From IMG/VR virus record IMGVR_UViG_3300023184_000036: DNA of 64,000 nucleotides, one strand, 5' to 3'. A model generated the notes under the pieces. That model was not told where the DNA came from. It did no database searches and saw nothing but the letters and a program-made list of their open reading frames with translations. The position numbers and the translations under genes are program-made. Shown one piece after another: positions 29,631 to 38,046 of this stretch; position 1 is the first letter of the stretch; every line of letters starts with the position of its first letter. The stretch is from a virus.

Positions 29631-29960
29631 TTACCCCAGTGGCGATTGTGAGATATTCTTCATTACCAGCATTTTCTGGCTGGGATTCATGTTATCTGTG
29701 CTTTGAGCAGAGGCTGCGTCATCATATGCATTTTCAATGCCAGCAACCTTTTTTAACATTTCAATTTCTTGTTGTAGTGGAGGAACCATCATACCAGTAT
29801 CACTTGTAGTAGGTTCTGCATCATCTTGTGGTTGTTCTGCGCTACTTTGTGTAGCATTAGTTCCATTGATATTGATGACCACAGGTGGTTGCTTTTGTTC
29901 ATCACCTTCAATTGAGTCTAAAACACTCAATAATGATCTTAAAAACTCTTGCGCTCTCAT
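29631..29960 (-). CDS. Hypothetical (probable head-associated)
   Basis: MRAQEFLRSLL; MVPPLQQEIEMLKKVAG. Confidence 0.65.
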   Translation of the reverse strand: MRAQEFLRSLLSVLDSIEGDEQKQPPVVININGTNATQSSAEQPQDDAEPTTSDTGMMVPPLQQEIEMLKKVAGIENAYDDAASAQSTDNMNPSQKMLVMKNISQSPLG

Positions 29961-29969
29961 TGCAATTCC

Positions 29970-30263
29970 TTACGTGCTTTGGACTACTGGGATTGCACTA
30001 TTTGCTACAAAGCCAACGTTTACCACGCTTACTTCTGCTACACTGGTTGTAGTAATGAAGGCAATCTTATTGTTTAAGCCTTCCATATTGATAAATCTGG
30101 TAGATGCAGCAGGAATAACATCACAGTTACCTGTATAAGCAATCGGATTTGTGCCAACTGCATAATGAACACTTGCGTTTGCCGTAACCTTTACTTTGGT
30201 TGACGTAATTGCTGTGCTTTGTGAACTGCTTGTTGTTGCATTTATAATCTGTGCTGCTGGCAT
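29970..30263 (-). CDS. Hypothetical virion protein
   Basis: 97 aa ORF after late promoter motif 30283-30289. Confidence 0.65.
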   Translation of the reverse strand: MPAAQIINATTSSSQSTAITSTKVKVTANASVHYAVGTNPIAYTGNCDVIPAASTRFINMEGLNNKIAFITTTSVAEVSVVNVGFVANSAIPVVQST

Positions 30264-30333
30264 TTTCTAAATCCTCTGCAGTTATTTATATGAAAGTTCT
30301 TGACTTTATTGGATTAAAAGTATAAAGTAAATT

Positions 30334-31638
30334 ATGGCTGATGTAAACATACTGCACGGCGATTGCCGTGAACAACTCAAGACTCTACCCGACAATAGCG
30401 TTGATAGCATTGTTACTGATCCACCATATGAACTTGGATTTATGGGTAAAAGTTGGGATGCCAGTGGTATCGCATATAATGTAGATATGTGGCGTGAATG
30501 TTTGCGTGTTCTTAAACCAGGCGGGCATATGCTTGCTTTTAGTGGTAGCAGAACATATCACCGTATGACAGTTGCTATTGAAGATGCTGGTTTTGAAATA
30601 CGTGACCAGATTATGTGGGTTTATGGAACAGGATTTCCAAAGAATCATGATATAAGCAAGGCAATTGACAATGCTGCTGGTGCTGAAAGAACTGGTGGTG
30701 GCAGAGTATGGAGCGGCGGCGCACGTAGTGGTGGTATTATAAAAGATGATGCCAGTGAAAATACAACAGAGCGAATCATCTATGATGAACCAGCAACCCT
30801 AGAAGCAAAAAAATGGCAAGGTTGGGGAACAGCACTTAAACCATCACATGAACCAATTTGCGTTGCACGTAAACCAATAAGTGAAAAAACTATTGCTGAT
30901 AATGTATTGCAATGGGGTGTCGGTGCATTGAATATTGATGCTACTCGTATACCACTTGATGACAATGATCCACTACAAAATGGTGTAAAACACGATAATA
31001 AAAAACTTGATACTGGTGATGCTGATACAAAATGGGGATTTAAAGCAGTAGATCGTGCGGCAGGTTTAGGTCGTTGGCCAGCAAATTTGATTCACGATAA
31101 CAGTGATGAAGTTACGGAATTATTTCCAAATAGTAAAGCAGGCAAAGATACTGGAAAACGTGGCACTGGTGGTATTTGGAATAGTGGAAATGGTGTGCCA
31201 GTTGGGTTTCAATATGGCGATGAAGGAAGTGCTGCACGTTTCTTTTACGGTGCAAAAGCAAGTCCACAAGATCGTAATGATGGTTTAGATAATTTTGAAG
31301 GTGGTAAAACCAATGATGGTCGCAAAAAAGATGCAAACAATGCTTATCAACGTGGTGCCACAATACGTAAAAACACACATCCTACTGTAAAACCAACAGA
31401 TTTAATGATATATTTGTGTAAAATGGTAACACCACCTGGTGGAACTGTGCTTGATCCATTTATGGGCAGCGGTTCTACTGGTCGTGGTGCTGTCAACGGT
31501 GGATTTAATTTCATTGGTATTGAAATGAACAGTGAGTATATAGATATTGCCAAAGCACGTATTGCTGTGGTAGAAAAGAAGATGTCAGAAGTAAAAGACA
31601 AAGTTACTACATACAATAATCTATTTGAGGAAGAATAA
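30334..31638 (+). CDS. DNA amino-methyltransferase (N4/N6 family, DPPY)
   Basis: TDPPY, HPTVKP, DPFMGSGSTG. Confidence 0.93.
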   Translation: MADVNILHGDCREQLKTLPDNSVDSIVTDPPYELGFMGKSWDASGIAYNVDMWRECLRVLKPGGHMLAFSGSRTYHRMTVAIEDAGFEIRDQIMWVYGTGFPKNHDISKAIDNAAGAERTGGGRVWSGGARSGGIIKDDASENTTERIIYDEPATLEAKKWQGWGTALKPSHEPICVARKPISEKTIADNVLQWGVGALNIDATRIPLDDNDPLQNGVKHDNKKLDTGDADTKWGFKAVDRAAGLGRWPANLIHDNSDEVTELFPNSKAGKDTGKRGTGGIWNSGNGVPVGFQYGDEGSAARFFYGAKASPQDRNDGLDNFEGGKTNDGRKKDANNAYQRGATIRKNTHPTVKPTDLMIYLCKMVTPPGGTVLDPFMGSGSTGRGAVNGGFNFIGIEMNSEYIDIAKARIAVVEKKMSEVKDKVTTYNNLFEEE

Positions 31639-32591
31639 TGGGCGTCCAGATATTACAAGGTGATTGCCGTGATGTTTTGAAAACTTTGCCAGAAGGCAGT
31701 ATCAACATGTGTGTAACATCACCGCCTTATTTTGGGCTGCGTGATTATGGTGGTCAAGAAAAACAAATTGGTCTTGAACAAACACCAGAAGAATATATCG
31801 CACAGTTGGTAGAAGTATTCCGTGAAGTGCGCAGAACACTAAAAGATGATGGCACACTTTGGGTTAATATTGGTGATAGTTACTACAATTATCGCAGTGG
31901 AACTGCATTTGTTAAACAAAGTGTTGCTAAGACAAATCAAGATTTGCCTACACATAGCCCAAGCCGAAATAATAAGTTGGACGGTCTTAAAAGCAAAGAC
32001 CTTATTGGTATTCCATGGATGTTAGCATTTGCTCTACGTGCTGATGGTTGGTATTTGCGTCAAGATATTATTTGGCATAAACCTAATCCAATGCCAGAAA
32101 GTGTAAAAGATCGTTGCACAAAAGCACATGAATATATTTTCTTGTTAAGCAAAAGCAAGAATTATTATTTTGATTATGAAGCAATCCGTGAACCAGCAGT
32201 AACTGCTCCAGTTGCTCGCAATAAAGCAGCAGAGGGATATCAAGCTGATTATCCAAATGGTGATAGATTTAGTAAAGGTGAACGAGTTTGGGGCGAAGAT
32301 AACAAACGTATGAAGCGCAGTGTATGGACTGTTAATACCAAACCATACAAAGAAGCACATTTTGCTACTTTCCCTACTGAACTTATTGAGCCAGCTATTA
32401 TTGCTGGTTGTCCAAAAGACGGTATGGTAATTGATCCATTTGGTGGCAGTGGCACAACAGGTTATGTAGCAGATAAGTTAGGGCGTAATGCTACATTGAT
32501 TGAACTTAATCCATCATATATTAATATTGCTGAAAATCGCATCGATCCACCTGAACAACGTTTAGATAGTAATTTGTTTACAATTGAATGA
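31638..32591 (+). CDS. DNA amino-methyltransferase (SPPY, likely N4-cytosine)
   Basis: TSPPY, HFATFP, DPFGGSGTT. Confidence 0.93.
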   Translation: MGVQILQGDCRDVLKTLPEGSINMCVTSPPYFGLRDYGGQEKQIGLEQTPEEYIAQLVEVFREVRRTLKDDGTLWVNIGDSYYNYRSGTAFVKQSVAKTNQDLPTHSPSRNNKLDGLKSKDLIGIPWMLAFALRADGWYLRQDIIWHKPNPMPESVKDRCTKAHEYIFLLSKSKNYYFDYEAIREPAVTAPVARNKAAEGYQADYPNGDRFSKGERVWGEDNKRMKRSVWTVNTKPYKEAHFATFPTELIEPAIIAGCPKDGMVIDPFGGSGTTGYVADKLGRNATLIELNPSYINIAENRIDPPEQRLDSNLFTIE

Positions 32592-32953
32592 TACTTTCAC
32601 ATACAATTCTAATTACAGTGACAAAACAACAAGTATTAGATTTTGCTAATCTAACGGGTGATAACAGCGCAATTCATGTTGAAGGTGGTATTGTGCAAGG
32701 TGGATTGATTTTAAGTATGTTACCACATTGGTCTAAAATAGCGATAGAATTAGGTAACTTTCCAAAAATATTTAACGATAGCGTTACTGTTAAAATGGAT
32801 TGCAGATTTAATGATCCGTTAGTTGCAGATACACCAGTAAACATAACGTTTAATTATACACCATTAAAATATCGTATGTCTAAAATAACTTGGGATATTG
32901 CGGGTGACATAAAATATTGCAGTGGTGATTGGATTATTTGCAGTTTGTCATAA
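32588..32953 (+). CDS. MaoC-like hot-dog fold protein
   Basis: FANLTGDNSAIH...IVQGGL. Confidence 0.7.
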   Translation: MILSHTILITVTKQQVLDFANLTGDNSAIHVEGGIVQGGLILSMLPHWSKIAIELGNFPKIFNDSVTVKMDCRFNDPLVADTPVNITFNYTPLKYRMSKITWDIAGDIKYCSGDWIICSLS

Positions 32954-32973
32954 TACTGTCATATTAGTGTGAT
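32945..32973 (+). promoter_or_regulatory. Pho box (PhoB binding site)
   Basis: TTGTCAT-AATA-CTGTCAT-ATTA-GTGTGAT, 11-bp periodicity directly upstream of pstS. Confidence 0.85.
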
Positions 32974-33005
32974 AAATTAGGTCAGCATACTAAAAGGAGA
33001 GAAAT

Positions 33006-33929
33006 ATGCTTACTAGGTTTATTGCTGTTGCAGCCGCAACACTTATTAGTACTGCTGCTTTTGCAGTAGAAGTTACAGGTGCAGGTGCTACTTTCCCACA
33101 ACCAATTTATATGAAGTGGGCAGAAGGTTATAAGAAGGCTACTAGCAATGTCATTAATTATCAAGGCATTGGTAGTGGTGCAGGTATCAAGCAAATTGAA
33201 GCAAAGACAGTAAATTTTGGTGCTACAGATATTCCAGTAAAGACAGAAGACCTTGAAAAGAAAGGTCAAGTTCAATTCCCAATGATCGTTGGTGGTATTG
33301 TTCCAATTATTAACCTTAAAGATGTTGACCATCTAACATTAACAACAGACATTCTTGCAAAAATCTATATGGAAAAGATTAAACGTTGGAATGACAAGGA
33401 AATTGCAGAACTTAACCCAGGTGTAAAACTTCCTGACCTTCCAATCATCAAGATTCGCCGTGCTGATGGTAGTGGCACAACTTGGAACTTTACAAAGTTT
33501 CTTTCAGAAGCAAATGAAGACTGGAAGAAGAAGTATGGAATTGGTCAAACTGTTGAATGGGTTGGCGGTGCAATTGGAGCAAAGGGCAATGACGGTGTTG
33601 CAAACAACGTTTACCAAACAAATGGTTCAATCGGTTATGTTGAATATGCTTTTGCCAAGCAAAATGATCTTACTGTTGCTGATATGATTGGCAAGGACGG
33701 TAAGAAGGTTTCACCAGGTCTAAAAGCATTCCAGACAACTTGGCCAATGGTTGCTACAAGTTACATTGTTCTAAACAAAGAAAATGATAACAAAGAAGCA
33801 GTTCAAGCAGCAATCAAGTTCTTTGAATATGGTTATGCACATGACAAGGATGCAGAAGTACTTGACTATATTCCATTGACTGCTGCACAAAAGGCAGAAA
33901 GCAAAAAGGCTTGGTCTACAGTCAACTAA
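33006..33929 (+). CDS. pstS: Phosphate ABC transporter substrate-binding protein
   Basis: GAGATFPQPIY, YQGIGSGAG, FGATD, RADGSGTT, GAKGNDGV, IGYVE. Confidence 0.96.
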   Translation: MLTRFIAVAAATLISTAAFAVEVTGAGATFPQPIYMKWAEGYKKATSNVINYQGIGSGAGIKQIEAKTVNFGATDIPVKTEDLEKKGQVQFPMIVGGIVPIINLKDVDHLTLTTDILAKIYMEKIKRWNDKEIAELNPGVKLPDLPIIKIRRADGSGTTWNFTKFLSEANEDWKKKYGIGQTVEWVGGAIGAKGNDGVANNVYQTNGSIGYVEYAFAKQNDLTVADMIGKDGKKVSPGLKAFQTTWPMVATSYIVLNKENDNKEAVQAAIKFFEYGYAHDKDAEVLDYIPLTAAQKAESKKAWSTVN

Positions 33930-33952
33930 TTTACATAAAATTACTGTAAAAT

Positions 33953-33992
33953 ATGCCCTACCAAATTATTTTTTGTAGGGCATTATTTTTTT
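33953..33992 (+). terminator. Terminator after pstS
   Basis: ATGCCCTAC...GTAGGGCAT followed by T tract. Confidence 0.6.
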
Positions 33993-33993
33993 C

Positions 33994-34023
33994 TTGACAT
34001 TATATTATTTTCGTGTATAAATA
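33994..34023 (+). promoter_or_regulatory. Promoter of leader/attenuator (sigma70-like plus T4 late motif)
   Basis: TTGACA-16 nt-TATAAA; TATAAATA at 34016-34023. Confidence 0.7.
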
Positions 34024-34044
34024 AACCCACAACAGAGAGTGAAT

Positions 34045-34125
34045 ATGATTAACACGCCTAAACATTACGATTATATCATTTGCCGCATGCCAGAAGGTTT
34101 CTGGATTACGGGGGCGTGTGCCTAA
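34045..34125 (+). CDS. Attenuator leader peptide, 26 aa
   Basis: AGAGAG RBS; MINTPKHYDYIICRMPEGFWITGACA*; overlaps antiterminator arm. Confidence 0.7.
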   Translation: MINTPKHYDYIICRMPEGFWITGACA

Positions 34126-34152
34126 TGTGACCGCACATTAGTGTATGCACTT

Positions 34153-34185
34153 AGCCCCCGAAGCGAAAGTTTCGGGGGTTTTTTT
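34153..34185 (+). terminator. Attenuator terminator hairpin
   Basis: AGCCCCCGAAGC-GAAA-GTTTCGGGGGTT-TTTTT. Confidence 0.88.
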
Positions 34186-34440
34186 ATTTTCAGGACGGTA
34201 GCCCCTATGTATAAGGCTACCCACCGACCAGTACTTGGGCCAAATGGCTGAATAGGTGGTTTCGGCGGTGAAAAATGGGGTGGGGTGTCAAGATTTTGAC
34301 ATTTTTACCCAAAATTGCCTAAAATTTGTGCAAACTTTTTTTAATTTTCGTGCATTTTTTTCTTGACTTATTATATGGTTGTGCTATTATGCATATGTTG
34401 ATGACGACATGGTGTCGTCCTTTTTATGGAGAAAGTAACT

Positions 34441-34707
34441 ATGACTATCGTATCAAATACAGACCGTGTTCTTGAAGCCCTTAAGTCTGGTGAGTTGCTC
34501 ACCGCAAAGCAGATTTCTGCTCGTTTTGGCGTTGCCAATCCACATGCAGCTATCTCTGCAATCCGTCTCAAGGGTTATGCAGTTTATCTCAATGAGTATA
34601 AGACTGCCAAGGGTGAAGTAACAAAGAAGTATCGTCTTGGCAATCCTTCACGTGAGATCGTTGCCGCTGGTATGCGGGCTCTCATGGATGCTGGCGTTCG
34701 CATCTAA
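34441..34707 (+). CDS. Winged HTH DNA-binding protein
   Basis: LTAKQISARFGVANPHAAISAIRLKGY..YRLG; GGAG RBS; own TTGACT promoter at 34363. Confidence 0.75.
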   Translation: MTIVSNTDRVLEALKSGELLTAKQISARFGVANPHAAISAIRLKGYAVYLNEYKTAKGEVTKKYRLGNPSREIVAAGMRALMDAGVRI

Positions 34708-34738
34708 TTCTATAATTATAGGATTATATAATGTTGTG

Positions 34739-34764
34739 AAGGGGGCGGCTTTCCGCCCCCTTTT
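34739..34764 (+). terminator. Hairpin/weak terminator before tRNA-Trp
   Basis: AAGGGGGCGG-CTTT-CCGCCCCCTT-TT. Confidence 0.6.
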
Positions 34765-34772
34765 AGTTGTTT

Positions 34773-34846
34773 ATCAGTGTAGTTCAATGGTAGAACGGCG
34801 GTCTCCAAAACCGCATATCAGGGTTCGATTCCTTGCACTGGTGCCA
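34773..34846 (+). tRNA. tRNA-Trp(CCA)
   Basis: Cloverleaf, GCGGT-CTCCAAA-ACCGC, TTCGA, 3' CCA. Confidence 0.92.
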
Positions 34847-34890
34847 ATTATGACATTGACAAATCTGGCTGATGTAAATATAGTAGTAAC

Positions 34891-35142
34891 ATGACCCAAT
34901 CAAGAACGCCAAGAGAAGTCAAAAATAAACCCCTAGTTCCAGAAATTACATGTCCATATATTGACATGGTAATACAAATTATTGACCAAATGGAAGAGCA
35001 AGACAATGCTGAATGGCGTGGTGAACAGGCCGCACTTGCTAAATCGCTGCTTGAGTATGTAAGATCAAGTAATGACAAATTACGTGCTAGTGGTAAGTTT
35101 TGGTATGAACGTTGTAAGAGAACAGGAAAAGATTTAGTATGA
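34891..35142 (+). CDS. Hypothetical protein
   Basis: PEITCPYID...LEYVRSSNDKLR. Confidence 0.7.
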   Translation: MTQSRTPREVKNKPLVPEITCPYIDMVIQIIDQMEEQDNAEWRGEQAALAKSLLEYVRSSNDKLRASGKFWYERCKRTGKDLV

Positions 35143-35786
35143 ACGGCACCATAGCAATTTTTATGGATCATCCACGGTGTTCTGTTGATGGCGTAAATGC
35201 TATAATGAACTCGCTGAACCCACATTACAAGTTTAAAATACTTACAAAACACAAAGTCCAAGACCCTGATTTTTGGAATGATGTTGATATAGTTTGTATA
35301 CCTGGCGGTATAGGTGACGCAGATACATTTAAGAAGATAATGAAACACCAAATTACACCAATTAAAGACTTCCTTGCAAGAGGTGGTCGTTATCTTGGTA
35401 TTTGCATGGGTGCTTATTGGGCTGGTCCAAATTACTTGGATATCCTTAAAGGTCGTGATTGTGTGCAATATCTAGCACGTCCAAAAACTGATACAAGACG
35501 CCCACATGCCAAAGATTTAGAAGTTACTTGGTTAGGTAACAAAGAAAACATATTCTGGTATGATGGCTGTGCTATCACTGGTAAAGGTCAGTTTGATGTG
35601 GTAGCAACATATGCCAATGGCGATGTCATGGCTGGCTATCAAGGTCGTATTGGATTGATTGGTTCACACCCAGAAGCAGAAAAGTTCTGGTATGACGAAT
35701 ATACTTGGATGAAGCCAAAATATATTGGCAAAGAACGCAATCATGAATTATTACATGATTTTGTTGATGAACTTATGAAACGCTAA
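35139..35786 (+). CDS. BPL-N / class I glutamine amidotransferase-like protein
   Basis: IPGG, GGRYLGICMGAY, GSHPE. Confidence 0.82.
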   Translation: MNGTIAIFMDHPRCSVDGVNAIMNSLNPHYKFKILTKHKVQDPDFWNDVDIVCIPGGIGDADTFKKIMKHQITPIKDFLARGGRYLGICMGAYWAGPNYLDILKGRDCVQYLARPKTDTRRPHAKDLEVTWLGNKENIFWYDGCAITGKGQFDVVATYANGDVMAGYQGRIGLIGSHPEAEKFWYDEYTWMKPKYIGKERNHELLHDFVDELMKR

Positions 35787-36031
35787 TGTTAGAATATATT
35801 ATCGTATTTTTATCGATGTTTTTCGTAGATGTATTCTATGCAATATATCTTAAAAGCATTGAAAATAACAAACCTATATTTGCCTCTTTTATGGCTACAA
35901 TTGTATTTTTTGTTGCAAGTATCGCAACAATAGGGTATATTGATAATCACTGGTTACTTGTTCCAGCTTGCATGGGTGCATTTGCTGGCACATGGGTTGG
36001 TGTAATGTATAATATTAAAAAGAAAAGCTAA
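35786..36031 (+). CDS. Small membrane protein
   Basis: Three hydrophobic segments. Confidence 0.7.
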   Translation: MLEYIIVFLSMFFVDVFYAIYLKSIENNKPIFASFMATIVFFVASIATIGYIDNHWLLVPACMGAFAGTWVGVMYNIKKKS

Positions 36032-36033
36032 TT

Positions 36034-36111
36034 GGGGAAGTGAGTGCGGAATGGTTACGCCAAGGTCTGCAAAACCTGTTCATGTGGGTTCGAGTCCCAT
36101 CTTCCCCTCCA
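36034..36111 (+). tRNA. tRNA-Cys(GCA)
   Basis: GGGGAAG/CTTCCCC, CT-GCA-AA loop, U73, CCA. Confidence 0.88.
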
Positions 36112-36126
36112 ATTTTTTGGTGATGT

Positions 36127-36537
36127 ATGAGAAAAAGATTTGATAGCGACTTATAGAATACAAATGATCCTGCAAAACAAAAGGCAATAGATTATTTTAA
36201 AAATCAAGGCGTAGATGCTATCGTAAATCCTAATGATTATGGCATTGACCTTATTGTAGATGATACATTTTACTGTGAAGTTGAGGTCAAGCATAATTGG
36301 CGTGGTGATAGTTTTCCATTTTCAACGCTACAAATACCTGAAAGAAAGATTAAGTTTGCAAAGTTAGATAAACCAGTAGTGTTTATGGTGCTGAATAGTG
36401 AACACACACATGCACTTATGACTACTGGTGAAGATGTTTTGGATTCTCCATTACGAGAAGTATCCAATAAGTTTGTCAAAAGTGGTGAGTTATTTTTCCA
36501 AATACCCACAAGTAAATTATTAAAAATTAAAATATAA
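36127..36537 (+). pseudogene. PD-(D/E)XK nuclease-like ORF with in-frame TAG at codon 10
   Basis: MRKRFDSDL*NTND...YGIDL...CEVEVKHNW...PERKIKF; otherwise open to TAA 36535-36537. Confidence 0.65.
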
Positions 36538-36538
36538 C

Positions 36539-36613
36539 GGCTCCATCTTATAATGGCTATTATCCTTGACTGTCTATCAGGGGATAGGGGTTCGATTCTC
36601 CTTAGAGTCGCCA
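36539..36613 (+). tRNA. tRNA-Asp(GTC)
   Basis: CTTGA-CTGTCTA-TCAGG, G73, CCA; one acceptor mismatch. Confidence 0.8.
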
Positions 36614-36624
36614 TAAATAACTAT

Positions 36625-37065
36625 ATGGCACTTGATCCTAAATCAGCACATAAACTTGGTGAAGCATATGGCAAAGGTGTCACTGACGCTGTATTTGGTA
36701 TTGTTGATGATGTTCGCAATGCTAAAAATATCAAAGCATCAAATAATGCAAAAATTGCGGCAAAAAATAAAATTACAGAAATTAATAATCAAATAATTCG
36801 TAACAATAATGCACTGCGTGAACAAGCAATGCGTGAAATAGCGGCAGAGCAAGAAGCACATGCTCTTGCCCAAATGACACCATCACAAAGACAAGCATAT
36901 AAAGCTACAAAAGCTGCCAATGAAGCAAAGGCTGCACGTGCAGCCAAAGAAGCTGAAATAAGACGTGAAAACTTTTGGCAATATTTTTGGGCAATTGTAA
37001 TAATACTAGTCTGCATACCAGTTTTGGGTGGTGCAGGTTATCTAATACTTAAATTAACACACTGA
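36625..37065 (+). CDS. Coiled-coil protein with C-terminal TM helix
   Basis: Start reassigned to ATG 36625 after tRNA-Asp and ATAAATA motif. Confidence 0.7.
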   Translation: MALDPKSAHKLGEAYGKGVTDAVFGIVDDVRNAKNIKASNNAKIAAKNKITEINNQIIRNNNALREQAMREIAAEQEAHALAQMTPSQRQAYKATKAANEAKAARAAKEAEIRRENFWQYFWAIVIILVCIPVLGGAGYLILKLTH

Positions 37066-37110
37066 TTTCAATTATATCAGTATCTCAATTACATCTATGA
37101 TTTTCCATAT

Positions 37111-37359
37111 TTGGAGATACTGTTGGATATTCTACCACAAAGCTATGATATGGCTTGGAACCAATGTTATTGGCGATTACATTATTTTTATATTCAAGCA
37201 CATGAATATGCTTGGCCACGTTGGGATACAAAAGCTGATTACAGTAAACAAGATAGTAAAAATGCTTGGGTTGAAGCTGTGAACAAAGCTGATTCAACCA
37301 TAAGAGTTCGTATAACTTGTCAAGGTGGCAAGTATATTGTGTTGGATACACGTCCTTAA
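37111..37359 (+). CDS. Hypothetical protein (start uncertain)
   Basis: ORF between tRNA genes. Confidence 0.4.
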   Translation: MEILLDILPQSYDMAWNQCYWRLHYFYIQAHEYAWPRWDTKADYSKQDSKNAWVEAVNKADSTIRVRITCQGGKYIVLDTRP

Positions 37360-37363
37360 TTTA

Positions 37364-37440
37364 CCGCCCATAGATAACGCTGGCTATATCACTGCCCTTT
37401 CAAGGCAGAGTAACGAGTTCGACACTCGTTGGGCGGACCA
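37364..37440 (+). tRNA. tRNA-Glu(TTC)
   Basis: CTGCC-CTTTCAA-GGCAG, CCA. Confidence 0.85.
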
Positions 37441-37447
37441 ATTTTAC

Positions 37448-37522
37448 TGGCAAGTAGCTTAATGGTAAAGCATTCCCCTGATAAGGGAAAGAGTGGCGGT
37501 TCAATTCCGCCTTTGCCAACCA
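37448..37522 (+). tRNA. tRNA-Ile(GAT)
   Basis: TTCCC-CTGATAA-GGGAA, CCA. Confidence 0.88.
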
Positions 37523-37525
37523 AAT

Positions 37526-37561
37526 AAAAAAAAATGAGAGGAAATTGCTTTCCTCTCATTT
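37526..37561. terminator. Bidirectional terminator
   Basis: AAAATGAGAGGAAA-TTGC-TTTCCTCTCATTTT. Confidence 0.7.
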
Positions 37562-37587
37562 ATTGTAGAATAAACTTTTTGGGAAAA

Positions 37588-37821
37588 TTACTTCTTCTGC
37601 CAAATGTTATAGAGAACCCAAATTGCAATCAAGCCTACAAGACCTTCTGATCCAAGACCCTTAACAATTGATGTAACGTTTGCAATAACGTCTACATTTG
37701 GAAGGAATGGGATTGCAACACCCTTGAAGATTACACTTGTAACAATCATAAGTGCTAATACGCTAAGAAGTGTATCTGCAAGTGCTGACACCCAACTTTT
37801 TACTGTTTTTAAAATATCCAT
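37588..37821 (-). CDS. Small membrane protein
   Basis: Two hydrophobic helices, AGGAG RBS, late promoter motif at 37864-37870. Confidence 0.75.
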   Translation of the reverse strand: MDILKTVKSWVSALADTLLSVLALMIVTSVIFKGVAIPFLPNVDVIANVTSIVKGLGSEGLVGLIAIWVLYNIWQKK

Positions 37822-37872
37822 TTTATACTTCTCCTAATACCTTTTGTCATAAAAAGGTAATAATATTTATTC

Positions 37873-37949
37873 GCTGTTGGGGCGGTTGTGGAAATCGCAC
37901 CACTCTCATAAGGTGGGAAAAGCTGCTTCGAGTGCAGCCAACAGCACCA
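37873..37949 (+). tRNA. tRNA-Met/Ile2(CAT)
   Basis: CCACT-CTCATAA-GGTGG, GCTGTTG/CAACAGC, CCA. Confidence 0.8.
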
Positions 37950-37956
37950 ATTCTAT

Positions 37957-38034
37957 GGACCGTTAGCTGAGTTGGTTCTAGCGGGAGACTCTTAATCTCC
38001 GTCAACGTAGGTTCAAATCCTACACGGTCTACCA
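37957..38034 (+). tRNA. tRNA-Lys(CTT)
   Basis: GGAGA-CTCTTAA-TCTCC, CCA. Confidence 0.9.
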
Positions 38035-38046
38035 ATTAAATACAAT

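Noticed and set aside
36553-36624. N-terminal extension of ORF 36553-37065
   Set aside because: Overlaps tRNA-Asp; ATG 36625 is the more plausible start.
37845-37862. Second Pho box-like sequence TTGTCAT-AAAA-AGGTAAT
   Set aside because: Second half-site is weak and no phosphate-related gene follows.
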